From a virus: 64,000 bases of DNA. Each line of letters begins with the position of its first letter. Position 1 is the first letter of the stretch. The position numbers and the translations under genes are program-made. Below are positions 17,461 through 26,462 of this stretch, in pieces. The notes beneath the pieces are model-generated. The model did no database searches. It saw nothing but the letters and a program-made list of their open reading frames with translations, and had not been told where the DNA came from. The stretch is taken from the IMG/VR virus record IMGVR_UViG_3300050821_016647, positions 1 through 64,000 of that record; one strand, given 5' to 3'.

Positions 17461-17944
17461 GGCCAATACCAAATCCAGCGAGCCCGCACATGATGGTCGT
17501 CGCGAGCGGAGCGTCGACGATTGCGTGTTGAATCGGATCACCAAGCTCCGGCGAAATCTCGTCGACGTGATCGATGACAAACGAGCCGTTGCGATAGATC
17601 ATCATGTGCATCGCATTCTCTGCGACGGCTTCACGATACTGCGCGACGACACCTGAGTAGAGAGGCCACGCCCACGTCGCGCGCCGAAAGGTCGTGCCGC
17701 CGATCTGCACTTCGTGAGGGAAGAGATTTCCGAGCGGCCACGTGCCTGTGATCGCCGGGATGACGGGGATCTTGCCGAGACCGGCGAACCTCTCGAAGAA
17801 CTCCGGCGGCGGGGCCTGCTTCGTTCTGAAGTGCCCTCCCGTCGTGCCGGCGCAGAACGGTTTTCCGCAATCCACGCATCGTCCGTACGTTCGATCGAGA
17901 CCTTTGGACGACCCACAGTGCTGGCAAGCGAAGGTCACGCTCAT
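17423..17944 (-). CDS. Zn-ribbon protein with C-terminal TM
   Basis: CQHCG...CVDCG; AGLGK; C-terminal GLAGFGIGLIGGLLLL. Confidence 0.7.
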   Translation of the reverse strand: MSVTFACQHCGSSKGLDRTYGRCVDCGKPFCAGTTGGHFRTKQAPPPEFFERFAGLGKIPVIPAITGTWPLGNLFPHEVQIGGTTFRRATWAWPLYSGVVAQYREAVAENAMHMMIYRNGSFVIDHVDEISPELGDPIQHAIVDAPLATTIMCGLAGFGIGLIGGLLLLEAPD

Positions 17945-18195
17945 ACCCATTCAAAGCCGAGCGTACCGAGGATGTCCGAGGCCCAGCTCCCGGCGCCCTC
18001 TTCACAGTCCCTCCACCTCGCCGTCAGCTGACGTACGAGCGCGTAGAGCTCCTGGCAGGTGTAGTCCCCGGCGACGCCGTCGCGTTCCGCAGGACGCCCG
18101 GAGATGGTGTAGATCCCGTCCGGAAGGTTCTTCGACCCGCACGCGCGGATGAACTCGCGCCTCGACGGTAGGGTCCCATAGGTCATCGAGATCAT
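17941..18195 (-). CDS. hypothetical protein
   Basis: SD GGAG then MISMTYG; coupled. Confidence 0.55.
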   Translation of the reverse strand: MISMTYGTLPSRREFIRACGSKNLPDGIYTISGRPAERDGVAGDYTCQELYALVRQLTARWRDCEEGAGSWASDILGTLGFEWV

Positions 18196-18200
18196 CGTCG

Positions 18201-18407
18201 TCACTCCTGCTTGTCCAGGCGCCATCCTAGCAGAAACAGCGTCTTGTAGAGCTCGTCGTAGGGCTCCCGAGCGTAGCGCCAGCGCGCGGCTTCGTCGCCT
18301 TTGGCGCGCTGGCCTGCGATACGAAGCACGCGTCCGTCCGCGAGCTTCACGCTCGCGATGACCGTGCCGTCGGGATGCACGTGCGTCGTAATCATCCCTT
18401 CTTTCAC
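18201..18407 (-). CDS. hypothetical protein
   Basis: Coupled ORF. Confidence 0.55.
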   Translation of the reverse strand: MKEGMITTHVHPDGTVIASVKLADGRVLRIAGQRAKGDEAARWRYAREPYDELYKTLFLLGWRLDKQE

Positions 18408-18697
18408 GAGTCGGGCGCGTAGCCTTGGATCGATGCGGCGGGTCCGATGTCGTCGTAGGGGCTGTTGATGAGAACGCCCGGTTGATTGAGCGCTCCTCCC
18501 GCCGCACCGGTACTGGCGCCCGAGACGGCGTCCTGGGCTGCCGCTCGGACTGCGGCCTCCTGCATCTTCGTGTAGACGAGATAGGCGATGCCGCCGACGA
18601 TCCCAATGCCGATCGCGGCCAGGACGATGTCCTGGGAGGTGTTCACCGCGATCTGTCCGAGGACGCTGTCGGGATTTCGTCGATAGCGGCGTTTCAT
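18404..18697 (-). CDS. basic-NP-TM family membrane protein
   Basis: MKRRYRRNP...DIVLAAIGIGIVGGIAYLVY. Confidence 0.75.
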   Translation of the reverse strand: MKRRYRRNPDSVLGQIAVNTSQDIVLAAIGIGIVGGIAYLVYTKMQEAAVRAAAQDAVSGASTGAAGGALNQPGVLINSPYDDIGPAASIQGYAPDS

Positions 18698-18921
18698 CGC
18701 AGCAAGCTCACGCGTCCATCCGTCGTCCCCGGTATGCCAGACGGCACCTTCACGATTTCGTGATTCAGCCCTCGAGCCTCACTCTGTGCGCATTCGATGC
18801 ACGCAATGAACACGTGCGCGGGCGAGACGTAGAGAACTGCGCGCGCGGCGTTCTCCGGGACCGGCTTGCGGCAGGTCGAGCACGTGGCCTCGCCGCGGAG
18901 GATTTTCGCGTCGGTTTTCAT
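18694..18921 (-). CDS. small Zn-finger protein
   Basis: CSTC...CIEC; coupled at both ends. Confidence 0.6.
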   Translation of the reverse strand: MKTDAKILRGEATCSTCRKPVPENAARAVLYVSPAHVFIACIECAQSEARGLNHEIVKVPSGIPGTTDGRVSLLR

Positions 18922-19439
18922 GTTGAAACGGTGCCTGTCGTCGGAGGAGTGGCGAGATAACTCGCTACCGTTTGAGGAGCCGCCTGCGCAGCAGCTGTAG
19001 CCTGGGCTGCAAGCGCTGCGTTCTGCTGCGACTTCCAGATGAGGTATCCGATGGTACCAACGACAGCGACTCCACCGAGCGCAAGCAGAAAATTGCTATC
19101 AGAAATAGGATTCTTCCGTGACCCGATTCGCATGTTCGACGGCGTCGGTCCTCGTCGCTTGCGCGGTTTCTCCTCGCCCAAGACCGCAAACCGGTGACGA
19201 CCTCCTCCCAAGCGTGTACCGCAGGCGTCGCACGGTCGGTACGAGAATTCGCGAATGCCGTTGTCTTCGTCCGCGTCCTCTGCCGAATCGAAGTCCGGGA
19301 CGAGGTGCGGACCGAGCGCATTGACGCCCTCGATGACGTCGCGCTCGCGGTTCGGGTCGTCGATTCCGGACGTGTCACCGTTGACCGCGTAGAACAGGCA
19401 GTCGTCGCAAAGCCAGAGGTCGTCTCGAATGACTTTCAT
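18918..19439 (-). CDS. Cys-motif domain fused to a basic-NP-TM module
   Basis: CDDCLFYAVNGD...EFSYRPCDACG then RKRR...RKNPISDSNFLLALGGVAVVGTIGYLIW. Confidence 0.75.
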   Translation of the reverse strand: MKVIRDDLWLCDDCLFYAVNGDTSGIDDPNRERDVIEGVNALGPHLVPDFDSAEDADEDNGIREFSYRPCDACGTRLGGGRHRFAVLGEEKPRKRRGPTPSNMRIGSRKNPISDSNFLLALGGVAVVGTIGYLIWKSQQNAALAAQATAAAQAAPQTVASYLATPPTTGTVST

Positions 19440-19448
19440 GAGCTACTC

Positions 19449-19871
19449 CTACGGAAAGGACGGGCCTATGGTGGGAAGAACAGGAACGGTGCCGTACGCG
19501 CGAGCAACCTCTCCGATGGGCTGGACGTTGGGGTCCACTCCATAGCTGGCGCCCGATGCGCCGCCGAGCGGCGTCAAAGACCCGCCTGAGCCGAGGACCG
19601 TGGGCGCGTTCACGTTTCCACCCGCAGGAGTTCCTGCACCGACCGTCCCGCCCCCGTCGCCGGCCGCCGCCTGCGCGTCCTGCATCGAGACCCAGAGGAG
19701 ATAGCCGACGAGCCCGAACGCCGCGACGCCGCCCGCGATCAGTAAGAGATCGGTGCCCGTGATCTTGGCGTCGACCTCGATCGGATTTGCACGCTCCCAT
19801 CGACCCCTGGTCTTCGTGTACTCGACCGTGCGCCCGTCCGGGCGAACCGAAATGAAAACGGGTGATCTCAC
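19449..19871 (-). CDS. basic-NP-TM family membrane protein
   Basis: RWERANP...GTDLLLIAGGVAAFGLVGYLLW. Confidence 0.75.
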   Translation of the reverse strand: MRSPVFISVRPDGRTVEYTKTRGRWERANPIEVDAKITGTDLLLIAGGVAAFGLVGYLLWVSMQDAQAAAGDGGGTVGAGTPAGGNVNAPTVLGSGGSLTPLGGASGASYGVDPNVQPIGEVARAYGTVPVLPTIGPSFP

Positions 19872-20338
19872 GCAGAGGGCGCCACCGGGAGCGGTGACCC
19901 TCCAGGAGCGTAAGGCGGCTGGGGCAAAGCCGGCGAGCCAGGGGGAGGCAAGAAGTTCTGCGCCCCGAGCAGTACCTGGCTCGACGAGGCGAGACTGGGC
20001 TGATTGAGCGACGCCGAGGCAGGCTGGAGAGGCAAGCCCGGGTATCCGTTCGCGGCGGCCGTCGACTGCTCTTGAGCGGCCTGTTGCTGATTCCAGATGA
20101 GGTATCCGACGAGACCGACCGCAGCGATGCCCCCTATCGCGAGCAGGATATCGGTACCGGATAGGCCAAAAGGATTTCGCGACGTCTTCTGGAGCGATTG
20201 ACCGGTACGAAGTCGCCAGTCGAGCTCCGCCGGACCAATGCCTTCACTTTGCAGTCGCGCAGCGACGGGTACCGGATCACGATAGCCAGCACGCCGCAAC
20301 ATGCCGGCCATTCGAACGCGTTCTTGCTGCCGATTCAC
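19868..20338 (-). CDS. basic-NP-TM family membrane protein
   Basis: GTGA-coupled start; KTSRNPFGLSGTDILLAIGGIAAVGLVGYLIW. Confidence 0.75.
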   Translation of the reverse strand: MNRQQERVRMAGMLRRAGYRDPVPVAARLQSEGIGPAELDWRLRTGQSLQKTSRNPFGLSGTDILLAIGGIAAVGLVGYLIWNQQQAAQEQSTAAANGYPGLPLQPASASLNQPSLASSSQVLLGAQNFLPPPGSPALPQPPYAPGGSPLPVAPSA

Positions 20339-20577
20339 AGTATCGACCCGATCGCGGTGAGTGCCGCGGTATTCTGGAGCGTGTCGGAAGTGCTCTCTCC
20401 TGACGGATTGAGTGCTTGGTAGATCATCGTCACACCAAGTCCGACGAGCATGACGCTCGCGACGCCGCCGACGACGAGCTCGGTTGTCGAGGGACCGAGG
20501 GGGTTCTTTCCATACGGCATTCTCTTGGGACCGCACGGTGTACAGAGAACAATCGTCTTTGGACGACGTCGTTTCAT
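20335..20577 (-). CDS. basic-NP-TM family membrane protein
   Basis: MKRRRPK...YGKNPLGPSTTELVVGGVASVMLVGLGVTMIY. Confidence 0.75.
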   Translation of the reverse strand: MKRRRPKTIVLCTPCGPKRMPYGKNPLGPSTTELVVGGVASVMLVGLGVTMIYQALNPSGESTSDTLQNTAALTAIGSIL

Positions 20578-20837
20578 CGACGCCCGCGCCGCTTCGCGCG
20601 CCTCTTCGTCCGACGCTTCACGCGCTTTGCGGGCTTCGCCTTCGACTCGGGCACGTACCGGAACCGCGCGCCCTTCACCGTGAGACTCCGGCCCCCGGTC
20701 TTCTCGAGCCGACCCGCAGCAAACCTTTGCGCGGCTTCCATCTTCCGAAAGTGTTTGATCTTCCGGCCGCCCTTCGTGCAGACGTCGTAGCCGTCCGGCG
20801 CGATGTGAATGACGAGTCCGCTGCCACGCTTTTTCAT
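20574..20837 (-). CDS. small highly basic protein
   Basis: MKKRGSG...KRVKRRTKRRAKRRGRR. Confidence 0.6.
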   Translation of the reverse strand: MKKRGSGLVIHIAPDGYDVCTKGGRKIKHFRKMEAAQRFAAGRLEKTGGRSLTVKGARFRYVPESKAKPAKRVKRRTKRRAKRRGRR

Positions 20838-20851
20838 GAGTCTCTTTCCCT

Positions 20852-21046
20852 TCAGGTGCCCGTACCCGACGGCGCTGGACCCGTCGGAGCGGGCGCCGTT
20901 GCCGCAGCTGCGTTCTCTTGCGACTTCATCCAAAAGGAGAAGCCGAGCGCTCCGACCGCAACGATTCCGACGGCGACACGGAGCCAGTCCTCCGCCTCGC
21001 CCGAGAAGGGATTGCGTTGAAGCGCACGTCTCGAACGACGACGCAT
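20852..21046 (-). CDS. basic-NP-TM family membrane protein
   Basis: MRRRSRRALQRNPFSGE...VAVGIVAVGALGFSFW. Confidence 0.75.
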   Translation of the reverse strand: MRRRSRRALQRNPFSGEAEDWLRVAVGIVAVGALGFSFWMKSQENAAAATAPAPTGPAPSGTGT

Positions 21047-21060
21047 GACCTTCTCCCGAA

Positions 21061-21339
21061 TCAGCCCGTTGCCGAGTAGGGAACAGCCGGCGGGAGCGGA
21101 TTGCCCGACGCGTCGACGCCTGCGGCCGTCGCGCTGCCGAACGTGCCAGGTGCCGCCACCTGCGCGCCCGTGGGAAGCGCGGCGCTCGAGGACGACCCGT
21201 ACTTTTGGTAGAGCAGATAGCCGCCTAACCCCAGCACGGCGACACCGACGAGCCCACCGACGATGAGCTCCGTGTTACTGAGCGGGTTGGCTCGGTAGTA
21301 GCTCGCGGACCGGATCAGCTTGTGCCTTCGACGCGCCAT
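21061..21339 (-). CDS. basic-NP-TM family membrane protein
   Basis: MARRRHK...YRANPLSNTELIVGGLVGVAVLGLGGYLLY. Confidence 0.75.
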   Translation of the reverse strand: MARRRHKLIRSASYYRANPLSNTELIVGGLVGVAVLGLGGYLLYQKYGSSSSAALPTGAQVAAPGTFGSATAAGVDASGNPLPPAVPYSATG

Positions 21340-21396
21340 GGATGGTCTCTCCTGTAGGTCTTGACCGCGTCCGCGGTCGTGCTTAGCCAGCATACG

Positions 21397-21771
21397 TCAG
21401 TCGAGGGAAATCGTCACCTTCTGACCTACAGCGACCCCATGCCGTTGGCAAAAGCCTCCTCGAACTTCCAAGACGCTCGTCGACGGCCTCTCAACCCCTC
21501 TGGGGGTTTCATCGTAGGGCTGCAAGGTCAGGATCCCTACGACGTTCACGCCGTCGATGAAAACAAGGTCGAGTACGAGACCTGTGCGTCTCATCCAAAA
21601 TAAACGGGCCTTCCGATCCGTGAACCAGAAAATGGCCCCCTCGTCTTCTGCAAGAGACGCTCGATCCATCAAACCGCGCTGTTGCTCCTCCGGAGCCTCG
21701 AGAATCTCCACGCGCACGGTCGGGCCCTGCTGCACACACCCCTTCGTGAAGCGCACGAGCCCCGGCGTCAT
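21397..21771 (-). CDS. DUF192 family protein
   Basis: QQRGLMDR..L..DEGAIF...FWMRRT..LDLVFID...VLEVRGG. Confidence 0.85.
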   Translation of the reverse strand: MTPGLVRFTKGCVQQGPTVRVEILEAPEEQQRGLMDRASLAEDEGAIFWFTDRKARLFWMRRTGLVLDLVFIDGVNVVGILTLQPYDETPRGVERPSTSVLEVRGGFCQRHGVAVGQKVTISLD

Positions 21772-22016
21772 GCGTCCACCGCCACGATGGCGCCCACGCA
21801 CGGCTTTGCATGACACCGCATGCAGTCGAGCTCGCTCCAGATGCCCCCGAGGACGCGGTCGGTGCTGTCGTCGATGCATTCGGCGCAAACGCGCTCGCGC
21901 TTGCCTCGGTCCCGGGCGTCGCGCTCAGCCGCTTTTCGATAGAGCGAGTCGGCTTGAAGCCCGACCTGACGGCCTCGTTCACGCGGCGACGTCGGTAACG
22001 TGGAGGAGGCAGCCAC
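21768..22016 (-). CDS. small Zn-finger protein
   Basis: CAEC...CMRC; start uncertain. Confidence 0.4.
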   Translation of the reverse strand: MAASSTLPTSPRERGRQVGLQADSLYRKAAERDARDRGKRERVCAECIDDSTDRVLGGIWSELDCMRCHAKPCVGAIVAVDA

Positions 22017-22017
22017 G

Positions 22018-22398
22018 TCACCCTGCCTGAAGAAGCCGCTCGACCGTGTACACGTACTTCGCCGCGAGACTATCACCGGGAATGGCGCTGCCTGGGGTTG
22101 CGCCGAGACCTGTTACACCTGTCGAGCTCGAAGACGTACCGCTCGGAATCAGAGCTGGAGGGGACCCGTCCGGATTCGGAGGTACCACAGGAACACCACA
22201 CCACCCTGGTGTGCTCTGCGCCCGCGTCATCAGGTAGACGAGAAAGCCGGCGGCGACCGCAGTGACCCCGATGATGGCAACGAGCGCGACGGGGGAGAGC
22301 TCGAGAGGATTGGCGCGGTCCTGACCCTGTCCGTAGACCTCCAGGACCGGGTTCTTCTTGCTCTTGCCCGAGCCGTAGACCCTCACTTTGTACGCCAC
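22018..22398 (-). CDS. basic-NP-TM family membrane protein (two NP motifs)
   Basis: KSKKNP...DRANPLELSPVALVAIIGVTAVAAGFLVY; also VTGLGATP. Confidence 0.75.
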   Translation of the reverse strand: MAYKVRVYGSGKSKKNPVLEVYGQGQDRANPLELSPVALVAIIGVTAVAAGFLVYLMTRAQSTPGWCGVPVVPPNPDGSPPALIPSGTSSSSTGVTGLGATPGSAIPGDSLAAKYVYTVERLLQAG

Positions 22399-22430
22399 GC
22401 TCAGGAGCGTAGCCGCGTTTCACAGCGTGT

Positions 22431-23213
22431 TCAACGATGTCGACGTTTCACCGGTTTCCGTTTCCGGCGCACCGGATTCGCCTTCGGCAGCACGCGCACG
22501 CGTACATCCGGTTCAGGCTGCGAAAGAGCGACGCCAATCGCGATACCGGCAGCCATGATGAGTGCACCGCTCGCGATCCAGACCCAGAGCGGAATCTTGA
22601 TGGACTGAGGCGCCGGGCTGACTGGCGGCAGTCCCTCTTCCAACATCCCAAGAAACGAATCACTCGCCGAGAGAATGGCGAGCCTCTGCTCTTCGCTGAT
22701 AGCCGGCGACTGTGGGAGCTGAAAGTCCGGAACGTGAGGGAGCGGAAACGGCGCGTACGCTGTCTCGAACGGAGGCGACTCAGCCGGGACCTCGATGACC
22801 GTGAAGGTCTCTCGGCCTTTGGTCTCGTAATAAACTGGGACCGGGACCTCGACGATCGCAAAGACCGGATCGCCCGACGGCCTGAGCTCGTCGTCGTCAC
22901 CAGGCGGTGGCTGTTCGCTCCGGTGATAGTCATCGATCTGCTTTCGTAGGGAGAGAAGAGGATCGTCTTCCCTCGGCGGCCCGAACGGGTGCTTCCACTT
23001 CTCTTCGTAGGGTTGCTTATACCGCGGCGGCCCTCCTACGTAACCTGTCGCTGCCCCACCCTTCGGTAGTGGCGTAGGCGGAACAGGAGGCGGCGGAACC
23101 GGCGTCGCAGGGAACGGGATGTAGTCGCGGTCGGTCCAGCCCGAGATGTCAGCCGTGACGTCGAACCACGTCGTGGCGATGCCACCTATGTCCCAGGAGC
23201 CTTCGCGAGCCAT
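22431..23213 (-). CDS. Pro-rich protein with C-terminal TM-NP-basic module
   Basis: IPLWVWIASGALIMAAGIAIGVAL...PKANPVRRKRKPVKRRHR. Confidence 0.7.
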   Translation of the reverse strand: MAREGSWDIGGIATTWFDVTADISGWTDRDYIPFPATPVPPPPVPPTPLPKGGAATGYVGGPPRYKQPYEEKWKHPFGPPREDDPLLSLRKQIDDYHRSEQPPPGDDDELRPSGDPVFAIVEVPVPVYYETKGRETFTVIEVPAESPPFETAYAPFPLPHVPDFQLPQSPAISEEQRLAILSASDSFLGMLEEGLPPVSPAPQSIKIPLWVWIASGALIMAAGIAIGVALSQPEPDVRVRVLPKANPVRRKRKPVKRRHR

Positions 23214-23230
23214 GCGGTACCGAGGCTAGC

Positions 23231-24229
23231 TTACTTCAGATCGAGCCACTTCCGGTTCGCAGGATCGACGATCCACCTTACGGTCTTTGCGAGGCTGTCG
23301 AAAAAATCCCGAGGGATCTCCCAACCCATCTCGCGCATGCGTGCTCCGTCGAGGGCGTAACGGAGGTCGTGCCCGGGTCTGCTGGAATGGAAGTCCACGA
23401 GCTCGAAATTTGGGTCTCGGTTGAGAATGGATCCAACGAGCTTGACCATGTCGAGATTCGAGATCTCGCGCTCACCTACGATGTTGTACTTCTCGCGCAC
23501 GACGCCGCGCTCGAGAAGAAACGTGACAGCTGAGGCGACGTTGCGCGCGTGGATGTAGAAGCGGCTCCCCGCGACCGTCTTCTCGGGATTGGAGTGCACG
23601 AGAATCTTCTCGCCACTGAGCGCGCGGCGCACGACCATCGGAATGAACTTCTCCGGGTGCTGTCGCTCGCCGAAGACGTTCATCGTGTGCGTCACAAAGA
23701 CCGGCACCTTGTACGTGTTGGCCCACGCGAGACAGAGCTCTTCGCCGCTTGCTTTCGTGGCCGAGTATGGGTTCGTCGAGTTGTAGCGGTCCCACTCCTT
23801 GTGCAAAGTCCCTTCCGGCGCCGGGCCGAAGACCTCGTCGGTCGAGAAGTAGATCATTTTCTCGAGCTTCGAGAGCCGGCGAGCCCACTCGAGCATTCGG
23901 AACGTCCCTACGACGTTGCTCTGGATGAACGGCCACGGGTTCTCAATCGAGTTGTCGACGTGTGTCTCGGCGCCGAGATGCACGATGTACTCGGGATCGC
24001 CCAGCTCCTGTCGAAGCCCAGCGCCGAACTCGTGCGTGAAATCGGCGGTGAACATGTGTACGCGCCGGTCGTCGAACGCGTCAATGTCGTGGAGCCGGTC
24101 GAAACCGCTGGAAGCATAGGTGAGCCGGTCGAGGATCGTAATGTCCCAGTCCGTGTTCCTGATGACGTGCTCGACGATGTGGTGACCAATAAAACCAGCG
24201 CCGCCCGTAATGAGAATTCGCTTGGTCAC
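23231..24229 (-). CDS. rfbB: dTDP-glucose 4,6-dehydratase (NDP-sugar SDR)
   Basis: ITGGAGFIGHH, HLGAETHVDNSI, FSTDEVFG, NPYSATKA, NVFGERQHPEKFIP, RPGHDLRYA. Confidence 0.93.
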   Translation of the reverse strand: MTKRILITGGAGFIGHHIVEHVIRNTDWDITILDRLTYASSGFDRLHDIDAFDDRRVHMFTADFTHEFGAGLRQELGDPEYIVHLGAETHVDNSIENPWPFIQSNVVGTFRMLEWARRLSKLEKMIYFSTDEVFGPAPEGTLHKEWDRYNSTNPYSATKASGEELCLAWANTYKVPVFVTHTMNVFGERQHPEKFIPMVVRRALSGEKILVHSNPEKTVAGSRFYIHARNVASAVTFLLERGVVREKYNIVGEREISNLDMVKLVGSILNRDPNFELVDFHSSRPGHDLRYALDGARMREMGWEIPRDFFDSLAKTVRWIVDPANRKWLDLK

Positions 24230-24603
24230 GTCAAAGCCTCCAAACGGGCAGGCAAGCTACGCCAGTCCGAAAAATCAGGATTGAGCCATGGTAGGCGTCG
24301 ATTGTCGTACGGAGAAAACTGTTCGCCGTACGTCAGGGTCCGTGCCGGGATTGTGCCGTACGGATAGAATATCCACCACACACGCCGACGAGGTGTCGTC
24401 CTGAACGTCAGCTGGAAAACCTGGGCACCGTGTGTCTCGGCCATGCCCCATTCAACAACACAAAAGAATTCACAATCAGGATGAGCTTTGGACGCACAAT
24501 AGAGTCCGGAATCGGCCATCATATCCCCGTCGACGTACTCCATCTCCTCTCCGCAAAGTGGACAATCATACGGAACAGGGATTCTTGTACTGAACGAGAT
24601 CAT
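24226..24603 (-). CDS. hypothetical Zn-ribbon protein (lower GC)
   Basis: CPLCGEEM...YC...C; coupled to rfbB. Confidence 0.55.
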   Translation of the reverse strand: MISFSTRIPVPYDCPLCGEEMEYVDGDMMADSGLYCASKAHPDCEFFCVVEWGMAETHGAQVFQLTFRTTPRRRVWWIFYPYGTIPARTLTYGEQFSPYDNRRLPWLNPDFSDWRSLPARLEALT

Positions 24604-24628
24604 CCGAAAAACTCCAATCGGCAACGTG

Positions 24629-24934
24629 TCATAGAATCGTAGGGAACGCGAGGCGCTCCTTCTCCAGGTCGGCGCGTAGCTTGAGAAGATGGGCTTTGAG
24701 CACTCGAATCGGTGACTCAAATGCCGCGTCGGGCGCTTCGAACACGCTGCGAGGCGACGGGAAGGGTCCGAAGCCCGCCTGCCGGTAGACGTTGTCCTGC
24801 ACGGGATGCGAGAAGTCGGTGGCGACGAGCATGTGCTTGCCGTTGCCAAGGTCGGCGTCTTCGATCTGGATGCCGTCCTCGTCTTTGGAAAGCACGCGAA
24901 TGACCCAGCCGAATTGAAACTTGCCGTCAGCCAT
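24629..24934 (-). CDS. hypothetical protein
   Basis: MADGKFQFGW... Confidence 0.55.
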   Translation of the reverse strand: MADGKFQFGWVIRVLSKDEDGIQIEDADLGNGKHMLVATDFSHPVQDNVYRQAGFGPFPSPRSVFEAPDAAFESPIRVLKAHLLKLRADLEKERLAFPTIL

Positions 24935-25085
24935 GTGCGTCACCGCAACCAGTATTCTGCTCGTTCTCGTTCTTCTCGCATCGCTTACATGCAGACGCGA
25001 GACCGCTCGGATTGTTCGACTGCTTGCGGAAGCGCTTGCCGGAAAGGATCTTCTTACAGGCGCGGCAACGCTTGTGTGACCACAC
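24927..25085 (-). CDS. small Zn-ribbon protein
   Basis: Translated by hand: MWSHKRCRACKKILSGKRFRKQSNNPSGLASACKRCEK... Confidence 0.5.
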   Translation of the reverse strand: MWSHKRCRACKKILSGKRFRKQSNNPSGLASACKRCEKNENEQNTGCGDAHG

Positions 25086-25087
25086 TC

Positions 25088-25414
25088 TCATCCCGTCGCC
25101 TCAGCCGCATCGGCGGACGCCTCGTACACGTCGCGCAACGGCGCGTCCAGCTCGCGTTCGAAGATCGTGAACTCCTTTGTCTCGAGGCGATCAGCCCAGA
25201 GCTTGGTGAGGTCCTCGAATGAGAGCTTCTCGAGCGACGCACGGTCGACCGGCTCGTCGCCAGTGTCGCTCGTCTCCAGTTCGCCCTGCATCAGCGCTCG
25301 GACCGCGGCGGCGGCTAGTTCGCGCGACGAATAGACCCCAGCAGGACCGGGTGACGCCTCGTCGTCGTTACCCCAGCCGCCACCGGGCGACTCAACGACG
25401 AAGATCGTGCTCAT
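25088..25414 (-). CDS. acidic hypothetical protein
   Basis: MSTIFVVES..., ATGA coupling at 25411-25414. Confidence 0.6.
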   Translation of the reverse strand: MSTIFVVESPGGGWGNDDEASPGPAGVYSSRELAAAAVRALMQGELETSDTGDEPVDRASLEKLSFEDLTKLWADRLETKEFTIFERELDAPLRDVYEASADAAEATG

Positions 25415-26208
25415 CGAGGACCAGGAGCCTGAGGTCCGAGCGCCGCCTGCTGCTGGGCTTGCTGCGCCTGCTGCGCGGCCTGCTTTTGCCGGTCCTCGCG
25501 CGCTCGCTGTTCGACGGCGCGGACCTGCTCCTCGGTCATCGGTGGCAGCTTCTTGATCTTCGCCACCCAGTCGTAGGTCACGTTCCACCGCGTCTTGAAG
25601 CGCTCGGCCTGCGCCTCGGCGCTGAAGAGCGACTCCTCGGTCGGAACCGTCTGGCCGACGTCGACGCCGAAATGTGCCTTCGTGCGGTAGTGGTCGAGCC
25701 CGTTGTAAACGCGCCACTCCTGGTTCAAGTAGAGAAACGTCTCCTGCATGAAGAACCGACGATGAGTCGGGTCCCAGAATGCGCGACTCGACCGGCCCGA
25801 GGGAACGAAGATCTGCATCCACGCGTCCTGCTTCATGATCCGGTAGCACTCGTCCATGAACGCGAAAAACATGTCCTGGCCGATGAAGCGCGCTCGCGTC
25901 TCTTTAGTGATCTCGTGATGAGGTGCTCCAGTGATGTCGCGCTCCTCGATCTCACGCGCCGGAATGTGCTCGAGAAAGTGCGATGAGAATATCTCGTCGA
26001 CGGAGTTGTCCTTGAAAGGCCAGGGGAACATGAAAAGATTTACACGGTGGGTCGCCTTGTCGCCGTAAAGGTCGACACCCTCGAAGCCTTCCTTGGGATT
26101 CACACCGCAGCCGAGGTCCAGCTTGCACTCGTGTCGGCCCGCAGCTTCGACGAGCTTCGGCGTTTCGTTGATCAGATTCGCTCGGCGTGCGGCGCTCTTC
26201 TTCGTCAT
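25411..26208 (-). CDS. class I SAM-dependent methyltransferase (type 11-like)
   Basis: KLDLGCG...GVD...FPWPFKDNSVDEIFSSHFLEH...YRIMKQD...DPTH. Confidence 0.88.
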   Translation of the reverse strand: MTKKSAARRANLINETPKLVEAAGRHECKLDLGCGVNPKEGFEGVDLYGDKATHRVNLFMFPWPFKDNSVDEIFSSHFLEHIPAREIEERDITGAPHHEITKETRARFIGQDMFFAFMDECYRIMKQDAWMQIFVPSGRSSRAFWDPTHRRFFMQETFLYLNQEWRVYNGLDHYRTKAHFGVDVGQTVPTEESLFSAEAQAERFKTRWNVTYDWVAKIKKLPPMTEEQVRAVEQRAREDRQKQAAQQAQQAQQQAALGPQAPGPR

Positions 26209-26462
26209 GGCTTCTTGCTCTCTACTTTCGGCTCCGGCTTGATCTCGCCGGGCTCCGGTTGAATGAACACCTTTACGATCGCGTGCGCGTTGCAGCGGTT
26301 GCAGATGACCTCGCACTCGAGGATGTCGTGATTGAACGGCGACACGCCGGGTAAATCCCAGCGGTGCCCCTCGAGCTGACACCACTCCTTCTTGAGTGCA
26401 TCTTCCTTGGCTCGAAGAAGGGTACGGCCCTTTGCCAATTCCTCTTTGGTAGCCGGGGGCAT
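26205..26462 (-). CDS. small hypothetical protein
   Basis: C..EGHRW...CNRC; coupled. Confidence 0.55.
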   Translation of the reverse strand: MPPATKEELAKGRTLLRAKEDALKKEWCQLEGHRWDLPGVSPFNHDILECEVICNRCNAHAIVKVFIQPEPGEIKPEPKVESKKP

